Of a stretch of 23,863 bases of DNA, positions 7,386 to 14,261 are shown one piece after another. This DNA is from a bacterium. GTDB lineage: Bacteria; Arandabacterota; Arandabacteria; Arandabacterales; JALGWA01. Both the position numbers and the translations under genes were made by a program. The notes below the pieces were generated by a model, which had not been told where the DNA came from, searched no databases, and saw only the letters and a program-made list of their open reading frames with translations. Position 1 is the first letter of the stretch, and each line of letters starts with the position of its first letter. The stretch spans positions 1 through 23,863 of the forward strand of contig JASFEA010000031.1 of NCBI GenBank assembly GCA_050125095.1, read 5' to 3'.

Positions 7386-7432
7386 TTTAAGACCTGACCC
7401 CAGTAGGACTGTGCATTTTAAGACCTGACCCC
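7379..7432. repeat. Tandem 23-bp direct repeat, copies 2 and 3 (TGTGCATTTTAAGACCTGACCCC) with an 8-bp spacer
   Basis: Identical copies at 7379-7401 and 7410-7432, spacer AGTAGGAC, 11 bp from the tRNA-Gly 3' end. Confidence 0.95.
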
Positions 7433-7443
7433 TAAAATAGAAA

Positions 7444-7518
7444 TGGAGCGGGAAACGGGATTTGAACCCGCGACATCCACCTTGGCAAGGTGGCGCTCTA
7501 CCACTGAGCTATTCCCGC
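7444..7518 (-). tRNA. tRNA-Gly (GCC)
   Basis: Reverse complement GCGGGAATAGCTCAGTGGTAGAGCGCCACCTT-GCC-AAGGTGGATGTCGCGGGTTCAAATCCCGTTTCCCGCTCCA. Full cloverleaf with CCA. Confidence 0.98.
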
Positions 7519-8240
7519 TCGAGTCGTTTGGTGTAAAGACCTGCGATATCATATAGCTTTATTCGGAAGAGGTCAAGCATCATGTTAACGGAATCTCCCA
7601 GCGGATGCACCCTGGAATGGGGCGAGTTGATCCACCTCACCGGGACGTCTAAGTATTTATATCCCAGCCGCTTGGCGATCAGGATCATCTCAACGTCGAA
7701 ACTGAAGCCGTCGATGCGCTGCCTCGCCGCAATCTCCCTGGCGACGTATCCCTTCATGAGCTTGAAGCCGCATTGAGTGTCGATTATGCCCCTCAGGAGG
7801 AGGGCCTGCACCATGAGATTGAATGTTCTGCCCATGATCTCCCTGTAGGCCGGCTGGTGAACCGCGACGTCGGAGTCGGGCAGGCTCCTGGAAGCGATGA
7901 CGAGGTCGTACCCGTCGAGATAGCCCAGGAGGTTATCGTACTCCTCGATGGGGGTCGAGAGGTCGGCGTCGCTGAAAAGAACGGCTTCTCCCCCGGACTC
8001 GAGTATGCCGCGCCTCACCGAATACCCCTTGCCCCTGTTGACGCCGTTGCACAGGAGTCTCAGGCGGGGCTCTCCGGCGGAGACGGCCCGGACGACCTCG
8101 ACCGTATCGTCACTGCTCCCGTCGTCGACGACGACGACCTCGAAGTCTCTCGCCCTGCCGCCCATGTACCGGATAATCTCAATAAGGGTGCTTCCGATCC
8201 TGCCACCCTCATTATAGGCTGGGACCACGATTGAGGTCAG
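7509..8240 (-). CDS. GT2 glycosyltransferase (polyprenyl/dolichyl-phosphate glycosyltransferase-like)
   Basis: Motifs SIVVPAYNE, VVDDGSSD, NRGKGYSV, FSDADLS, DTQCGFK, FSFDVE. Start uncertain (GTG 8228, or CTG 8240 used here). Stop TAG at 7511-7509. Confidence 0.88.
   Translation of the reverse strand: MTSIVVPAYNEGGRIGSTLIEIIRYMGGRARDFEVVVVDDGSSDDTVEVVRAVSAGEPRLRLLCNGVNRGKGYSVRRGILESGGEAVLFSDADLSTPIEEYDNLLGYLDGYDLVIASRSLPDSDVAVHQPAYREIMGRTFNLMVQALLLRGIIDTQCGFKLMKGYVAREIAARQRIDGFSFDVEMILIAKRLGYKYLDVPVRWINSPHSRVHPLGDSVNMMLDLFRIKLYDIAGLYTKRLERE
7548..7576 (-). promoter_or_regulatory. Intragenic sigma70-type promoter for tRNA-Gly, inside the GT2 coding sequence
   Basis: TTGACC(7576-7571)-17 bp-TATGAT(7553-7548). 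Both hexamers match consensus at 5/6, about 30 bp upstream of the tRNA. Confidence 0.65.
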
Positions 8241-8253
8241 ACGGGGCTCGAAC

Positions 8254-9744
8254 TTATGTCACCACCTTTCGCTTCTTAAGTGTGGCGGCGTAAGTCCCGG
8301 CGTATTCCTTCGCCTGCTGCTTCCAGGAAAAATCGCGCTTCATGGCCCTGAGCACGAGCTCGTTCCACGCCTTCCCGTCACGGAAGACCTCGCGCGCCCG
8401 CCTGACGGCGTCAAGGAGCGCCTTTGAGGAGTAATCATCGAAAGCGAATCCGGTCGAGTCGGGCGAAGCGTCGAAGTCCATGACCGAGTCCGCGAGGCCC
8501 CCCGTCTTTCTCACCACGGGGACCGTCCCGTACTTCATGCTGTACATCTGGTTGAGACCGCACGGCTCGTACTTGGACGGCATGAGGAACATGTCGCTGC
8601 CGGCTTCTATAAGATGAGCCAGCTCCTCATCGAAGGCGATATTGACCGATACCCTGTCCGGATAGCGCTCGGCCCGGCTGCTGAGGAGGTCATGATATTT
8701 CTTGTCACCCGTCCCCAGGATCACCACGCCGATATCGAGCTCCAGCAGCCTGTCGAACGCCTCGGCCACGAGGTCGAAGCCTTTCTGGTCGACGAGCCGG
8801 GATATCATGCCCACAAGCGGCACGCCGTCGGCCACCTTGAGGCCCAGGCGCTCGCTGAGATGATTCCGGCACAGCCGCTTGCCCGTCAGGTCGCGCGTGC
8901 TGTACCTGTAGGGGATGAGCCTGTCGGTCTCCGGGTTCCATACGCTGTAGTCGGCGCCGTTCAATATGCCCACCAGGTCGCGCGCCCTCGACTTGAGAAC
9001 GCCCTCGAGGCCGTAACCGAACTCGGGCGTCTGTATTTCTTCGGCATAGGTCGGGCTGACGGTGGTTATGGTGTCCGAGTAGATGATTCCAGCCTTCATC
9101 ATATTTACCTTGTCGTGGAACTCTATGCCGCCCATGGGCTTCATCATATGCTCGCTGAAGCCCGCGATGTAGCCGGTCTTGCGCGGGAAGACGCCCTGAT
9201 AGGCCAGGTTGTGAATGGTATAAACTATGCCTGTTTGCTTGAAGAAGGTCTCCGAATCCGGCCGGTCCCTCAGCCACGCGGGGATGAAACCCGTCTGGTG
9301 GTCATGGCAGTGTACGATGTCCGGCCTGTAGTCCATTATCCTGGCCAGACGCAGGGCCGCCTTCGAGAAGAATATGAAGCGCTCGGCATTGTCGGAAAAT
9401 CCCTCTCCAGTGGCGGCGTCTGAGTAGACGCCGTCACGGCCGAAGTAGCGGTCGCTCTCGATGAGCAGAACCTCCACCCTGGAGTCCGGGAGCTTGGTCG
9501 AGCGCGCCCCCGCCGTCACCGTGACGTCGCCCATGGGAATGTCGAATTCCCCCGCGGCCTTGACCGGGCCGACCTTGAAGTCCCCGTCCTTTATCTTCTT
9601 GTAATAGGGCAACGCTATCTTCACATCGTGGCCCGCATCGGCCAGCGCCCTGGGCAATGCGCCCATGACGTCGGCCAGGCCGCCGACCTTGGCAAACGGG
9701 TGAACCTCGGCCGCGACCATCAGAACAGAGAGCTTCCCCTCCAT
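8254..9744 (-). CDS. glgA: Glycogen synthase (GT5)
   Basis: Motifs EVHPFAKVGGLADV, TIHNLAYQG, TVSPTYAEEI, SRLVDQKG, MPSKYEPCGLNQM, TGGLAD. Confidence 0.96.
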   Translation of the reverse strand: MEGKLSVLMVAAEVHPFAKVGGLADVMGALPRALADAGHDVKIALPYYKKIKDGDFKVGPVKAAGEFDIPMGDVTVTAGARSTKLPDSRVEVLLIESDRYFGRDGVYSDAATGEGFSDNAERFIFFSKAALRLARIMDYRPDIVHCHDHQTGFIPAWLRDRPDSETFFKQTGIVYTIHNLAYQGVFPRKTGYIAGFSEHMMKPMGGIEFHDKVNMMKAGIIYSDTITTVSPTYAEEIQTPEFGYGLEGVLKSRARDLVGILNGADYSVWNPETDRLIPYRYSTRDLTGKRLCRNHLSERLGLKVADGVPLVGMISRLVDQKGFDLVAEAFDRLLELDIGVVILGTGDKKYHDLLSSRAERYPDRVSVNIAFDEELAHLIEAGSDMFLMPSKYEPCGLNQMYSMKYGTVPVVRKTGGLADSVMDFDASPDSTGFAFDDYSSKALLDAVRRAREVFRDGKAWNELVLRAMKRDFSWKQQAKEYAGTYAATLKKRKVVT

Positions 9745-9752
9745 CTCCTACC

Positions 9753-10766
9753 TCACTTAGTAGTGCTGGCTATTGATATTTCCCGAAGGTACCTGGCCGC
9801 CTCCTCGGGGGACGTCGGGTTGATATAGAAGCCCGATCCCCACTCGAATCCGGCCACCTTCGTGAGCTTGGGCATGATCTCTATATGCCAGTGGTACCAG
9901 AGGCGGTTGTCGCCCTGGCATGGCAACGTGTGCAGGATGAAATTATAGGGAGGCGAAGACAGGGCCGTGTTGAGCCTCACCAGAGTCTCCTTCAGAAGCC
10001 TGGCCATCAGGCATATCTCGGCGTCCTCCAGCTCCTCGAAGGCGGGGGCGTGTTTCTTGGGCAGCAGCCAGGTCTCGAACGGGAACCTGGCGGCAAAGGG
10101 CTCTATCGAGATAAAGCTCTCGTTGGCGCATACGACGCGAACGTCATCGTTTATCTCCTGGGAGACGATGTCGCAGAAGATGCACCTCTCCTTGTAGTCA
10201 TAGTACCTGCGCGAGCCCTCAATCTCTTCCCAGACGCGCTTGGGCACTATTGGCATGGCTATGATCTGCGTATGCGAGTGCTCGAGCGACGCGCCCGCGG
10301 CCTCGCCCTGGTTTTTGAATATGAGTATGTACCTGAAGCGCGAGTCCTTCTTGAGGTCGAGCATCCTCTGCTTCCAGGCGAGAAGAATCTCCGTGATATG
10401 CGTCTCTTCCAGGTCAGAGAGCGACTTGTCGTGGTCGGGCGTCTCTATGATTACCTCATGCGCGCCCACGCCGTTCATCTTATCGTATATCCCCACACCC
10501 TGGCGGTTGAGGTCGCCCTCGATCTGCAGGGCCGGGAACTTGTTGGACACCACGCGCACCCACCAGCCCGGGCTGTCCTTCCTGGTGTCGGGCTTGCGGT
10601 AGGCAAAGACCTCCGGCGGCGTCTTGGACTCGTTGCCGGTGCAGAAGGGGCAGAAGCCGCCTCCCTTTGCGGGCGGCCCCGACGTGAAATCCGTGGGGCG
10701 CTTTCCCCTCTCTGTAGAGATGATGACCCAGCGTCCGATCACGGGGTCCTTGCGAAGTTCGGGCAT
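9753..10766 (-). CDS. galT: GalT-family hexose-1-phosphate nucleotidylyltransferase
   Basis: Motifs ELRKDP..W..ERGKRP, CPFC, NKFPAL, GAHEVIIE, GASLEHSHTQ (HxHxQ), CIFC, YHWHIEI, AGFEWGSG. Confidence 0.9.
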   Translation of the reverse strand: MPELRKDPVIGRWVIISTERGKRPTDFTSGPPAKGGGFCPFCTGNESKTPPEVFAYRKPDTRKDSPGWWVRVVSNKFPALQIEGDLNRQGVGIYDKMNGVGAHEVIIETPDHDKSLSDLEETHITEILLAWKQRMLDLKKDSRFRYILIFKNQGEAAGASLEHSHTQIIAMPIVPKRVWEEIEGSRRYYDYKERCIFCDIVSQEINDDVRVVCANESFISIEPFAARFPFETWLLPKKHAPAFEELEDAEICLMARLLKETLVRLNTALSSPPYNFILHTLPCQGDNRLWYHWHIEIMPKLTKVAGFEWGSGFYINPTSPEEAARYLREISIASTTK

Positions 10767-10801
10767 ACAGTTTCCCTTCCGTCCATCTTCGGGACAAGTT
10801 T

Positions 10802-10832
10802 AATCTAATGCCCCACCCCGAAGCCATGTCAA
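10802..10832 (-). promoter_or_regulatory. Candidate promoter for galT-glgA-GT2
   Basis: Perfect TTGACA (10832-10827) and TAGATT (10807-10802), but with a long 19-bp spacer. Confidence 0.35.
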
Positions 10833-10857
10833 TACCTATTTCTGAAACGGCGCCCTC

Positions 10858-11907
10858 TCAGCCAAGATGCCTGTAGAACATCCTGCCGAGCGCCTTGCCC
10901 ACGAAAGCGGGCGACCGCTTCAGCACGGTCGTCATCAACCTGTATTTGGCGCTTTCCTCTATGGTGCCGGCCGAGCCCTTCACCTCCGGGTAATACAGGT
11001 AATCGAGATCCACCTCGTTGCCGCCCCACTTGGCCTTGAAGAACCTCAGCCCCCTGTTGTCCCGGGGCGTACGCAGGAAATCCCATTTCTCATACCCGTT
11101 CAGGCACGCCCATTCGATGCCCTTCCAGATTACCATCTGGTTGACCCTGTAGGACAGGTAGGCCGCGTCCGCGCCCAGGTAGGCCTCGCCTATCGTCTTC
11201 TTATGCGCAAGGGCCAGAACGGCCGATACGGGCCTGCCCTCCACGGTGGCCAGAAAGAGGCGTCGCATCCCGGGCCCGAGCGAGTTCCACAGGTTCTCGA
11301 AGAACTCGAACGGAGCCGGCGGCACCCCGTGTTTGAGGCGGTTTCCGACAAAGAGCCGGTAGAAATGCCCGAGGTCGTCGAGGTTCTCGCCCATGCGCAC
11401 CCCGACGCCCTTCCGCGCCGCCTGCCTCGTCTCGCTTCTTATGCTGTTGTCCCTGAATCCCTTGAAAATCTTTTCGGGGTCGGGGTCGAGGTCGAGTATC
11501 GACGTTATGAAACACGGCGATTTCCGGAAGCGGGGGTCCTCTAGCCTCCCCAGATTGGCCTGCGTGCGGATCTCCAGCGCCTCCGCCCCGGTCCCGGCAT
11601 AGACCTCAAGCGCCTTTTCGACCAGCGCGCCGAAGGCGTCCTCCCTGCCGGCGGGCCCGCATACATTGGAGAAAGGCAGCGAGACCAGCCTCGTCCCCGT
11701 GAGCCTGCTCCGGACCAGCATCATGGGGAGCAGCGCCTCGAGGGCGTCGCCCTCCTCGTAGCCGACGTAGAAGGCTTCATAGCCATAGGTGTTTATAACG
11801 GCGTCGCGCCACTCGGGCGTATGGTAAACCGTGGTGTGGTCGGCCCTCTCGAGGAAAGCACGCAGTCTGCCGTCGTCCCGGGACTCAAGGACCAGCGCTT
11901 CGCCCAC
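10858..11907 (-). CDS. FemAB-like GNAT-fold acyl/aminoacyl transferase
   Basis: Motifs TVYHTPEW, RLVSLPFSNVCG, IRSETRQAARKGV, HGVPP, WDFLRT, GLRFFKAKWG. GTG start immediately after the upstream TAG. Confidence 0.85.
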   Translation of the reverse strand: MGEALVLESRDDGRLRAFLERADHTTVYHTPEWRDAVINTYGYEAFYVGYEEGDALEALLPMMLVRSRLTGTRLVSLPFSNVCGPAGREDAFGALVEKALEVYAGTGAEALEIRTQANLGRLEDPRFRKSPCFITSILDLDPDPEKIFKGFRDNSIRSETRQAARKGVGVRMGENLDDLGHFYRLFVGNRLKHGVPPAPFEFFENLWNSLGPGMRRLFLATVEGRPVSAVLALAHKKTIGEAYLGADAAYLSYRVNQMVIWKGIEWACLNGYEKWDFLRTPRDNRGLRFFKAKWGGNEVDLDYLYYPEVKGSAGTIEESAKYRLMTTVLKRSPAFVGKALGRMFYRHLG

Positions 11908-13020
11908 CTACTTCTCCCTCCCCAGCATCTCCCTGTAAGCTTCCTCCAGGCTGTCCACCACCGGGCCGATGCCATAGCGCCTCCGGACATACTCCCTGCC
12001 CCTGCCCCGCTTCTCCTCCACGAGCCCGGGATTGTCCACCAGGCGCTGGAGCACCCCGGCCAGGTCATCGGAGTCGCCGCTCTTAAAGGAGAAGCCGTAG
12101 TCCTGCAGAGCGTCCAGGTTTTCGGGAATATCGCTCACCACCACGCCGCATCCGAAGTTGATGGCCTCGAGAAGCGAAACCGAGAGGCCCTCTGTGTCCG
12201 AAGGCAGCACGAAGGCAAAGGCATTGGTATAGAGCTCGTCCAGGAGATCGCCGTAAACCCACCCCAGGAAGACGGTTCGCTCGTCGGCAATCGACTTGAG
12301 CTCCTGGACGTACTCGCCCAGCGCGTCCCCGGGGTCGACGTCGCCCGCGATCACGAGTTTCTTGTCGGTCTTTACCTTGCTGAAACCCTCCAGCAGGTAT
12401 TTGAGTCCCTTCTGCGGAGTCAGCCGCGCAACGAAGAGGATGTAGCCGTCTTTCTCGAGCCCTAGTTCTTTCATCTTGTCCGGAGGCCTCGGTTCGTGGA
12501 ACTCGGTAGTCGACGTTATGTACTTGACGTCCACGCCGTACGTCGTCCGGAAATACTCGACGGCCGGATCTGACACGGTCGCCAGCACATTCGACCAGTG
12601 GGCCGCCGGGTACTCGAACGCCTTCATGAGGAAGCGTATGAAGGGGCCCCAGGTGAGGTCTGCCCATATGACGCCGTGCACCTGTACCATGGTCTTCTTG
12701 CCGAAGAGGCGTGGAAGGCCCGCGAAGATCGCCGGCGGGATCGAGTGGATGTGGACGATATCATAGTCTCTCCACAGGCAGTGCATAATGGAGGTGAAAC
12801 TGCTTACCGCGACATCCAGGTGCTTGGTGTTGATGGTGGGAGTGTAGACCAGCTTTACGCCTTCAAACTCCTTGCGCCTGTCGGGAACGTAATAGGGTCT
12901 GCAGTATACCGTAACTTCATGGCCACGCTTGACCAGCTCTATTGCCATGGCCTCCACGATACGCTCCATCCCGCCCCACGTTGCGGGAAGGCCCTTTATG
13001 CCTATCATCGCGATCTTCAT
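11908..13020 (-). CDS. GT4 glycosyltransferase
   Basis: Motifs MKIAMIG..GGMER, LFVARLTPQKG, FVLPSDTEGLSVSLLEA, SDIPEN. ATGA overlap with the upstream gene. Confidence 0.93.
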   Translation of the reverse strand: MKIAMIGIKGLPATWGGMERIVEAMAIELVKRGHEVTVYCRPYYVPDRRKEFEGVKLVYTPTINTKHLDVAVSSFTSIMHCLWRDYDIVHIHSIPPAIFAGLPRLFGKKTMVQVHGVIWADLTWGPFIRFLMKAFEYPAAHWSNVLATVSDPAVEYFRTTYGVDVKYITSTTEFHEPRPPDKMKELGLEKDGYILFVARLTPQKGLKYLLEGFSKVKTDKKLVIAGDVDPGDALGEYVQELKSIADERTVFLGWVYGDLLDELYTNAFAFVLPSDTEGLSVSLLEAINFGCGVVVSDIPENLDALQDYGFSFKSGDSDDLAGVLQRLVDNPGLVEEKRGRGREYVRRRYGIGPVVDSLEEAYREMLGREK

Positions 13021-14258
13021 GCCCGGTCCCCTCTGTGCAGAACCCTCTGGTACACCGCCAGGAGCTTATCATAATGTATATCGGCACTGAATTCGCCATC
13101 AACTCTACTTCTTGCGTTCCTGCCGAGCCGTTCCCTGAGCGCGGCGTCCCCGGCCAGCATGGCCATCTTTTCGGCCAGCACCGCGGAATCGCGAGGAGGG
13201 AACAGAAAACCCGTCCTGCCCTCCTGGACCATTTCCGGTATGCCTCCGATATTGGAACCTATCACGGGTTTTCCGAGCGCCAGGGATTCGAGCACATTGT
13301 ACGGGAAGTTCTCGTACCACACCGACGGCACTACGACGAACATGGAACTCTGTATGAGGGGTATAAGGTCCTCCCTGTCGATATAGCCCAGAAACTCGAC
13401 GTTCGCGGTTCCCGCCTCGGCCCTCCTGGCTTCGAGGTAGCTGCGTTCCGGGCCCTCGCCGGCGATGAGGACCTTGAGGCCGGGAGTACGGGATGCGGCG
13501 TCTATGAGAACGTCTATCCCCTTCTCGGGCGCCAGTCTTCCGAAGAACAGCACATAATCGCCGCCACCATAGGCGGGCTGGAAGGCCGCAGTGTCTATGA
13601 AGTTGTGAATCACCTCGATCTTATCGCCGTCCATCCCGCACTCTATGAACTTGTTTCTCTCGAATGCACTGGGGGTGATTATGCGGTCTATGCCATCGAA
13701 GTATCTCATGGCCCTGACGAAATAGGCCTCAAGGGCGACTGCCAGCGTTCCCGCAAGAGAACCCTGCTTGCAGCGCTTGAAAGGGGCCCTGTAATAGTGT
13801 CTCCCGCCGCAGAGCTCGCAGATCTCGCCGCCGGCGAAGAGCAGCGAATTTGGACAGACGGGGTCGTAGTCGTGGGCGGTGAAGACCACGGGTATGCCGC
13901 GCTGCCTGGCCGGGCCCAGGATCGAGAACGTCAGATGCCTCCGGAAATTCTGCATGTGGATGATGTCGGGCCCCGCCTTATCGAGAAGCGACGCGAATTT
14001 CCTCCTCGCCTCCCGCGAGTATATGCTCCTTAAGAAATCCCGGAACCTGGCTACTGGCCCGGAGGTCTCCGAGCTCTCGCGATAGTCCACATAGTCGACG
14101 AAGTAGTCCGACTCCGGGCAGGCGGCATTGTAGCGGTGCTTCATGGCGAAATGGCAGACCTCATGCCCCCTCGCCCTCAGCATGTCCGCGAGGTCGAAGG
14201 TATAGGTGGAGTCGCCACCGCGCCTGTAGTGATATGTGTTCACGAGGCAGATTCGCAA
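13017..14258 (-). CDS. GT4 glycosyltransferase with Cys-rich insert
   Basis: TTG start. Motifs RGGD, TAHDY..CP..C..C..C, FFGRLAPEKG, PSVWYENFPYNVLES, GGIPE. Confidence 0.93.
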   Translation of the reverse strand: MRICLVNTYHYRRGGDSTYTFDLADMLRARGHEVCHFAMKHRYNAACPESDYFVDYVDYRESSETSGPVARFRDFLRSIYSREARRKFASLLDKAGPDIIHMQNFRRHLTFSILGPARQRGIPVVFTAHDYDPVCPNSLLFAGGEICELCGGRHYYRAPFKRCKQGSLAGTLAVALEAYFVRAMRYFDGIDRIITPSAFERNKFIECGMDGDKIEVIHNFIDTAAFQPAYGGGDYVLFFGRLAPEKGIDVLIDAASRTPGLKVLIAGEGPERSYLEARRAEAGTANVEFLGYIDREDLIPLIQSSMFVVVPSVWYENFPYNVLESLALGKPVIGSNIGGIPEMVQEGRTGFLFPPRDSAVLAEKMAMLAGDAALRERLGRNARSRVDGEFSADIHYDKLLAVYQRVLHRGDRA

Positions 14259-14261
14259 GCC

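Noticed and set aside
7379-7432. Tandem repeat as a mini CRISPR array
   Set aside because: Only two adjacent units, an 8-bp spacer, no leader and no cas genes in the window.
7534-7543. TAAAGACCTG in the tRNA-Gly leader as a fourth repeat copy
   Set aside because: Only an 8-bp exact core, inside coding sequence; compatible with chance.
7444-11907. tRNA-Gly as a dedicated donor for the FemAB-like enzyme
   Set aside because: The tRNA looks like a canonical translational tRNA-Gly(GCC) and is separated from the gene by unrelated glycogen genes.
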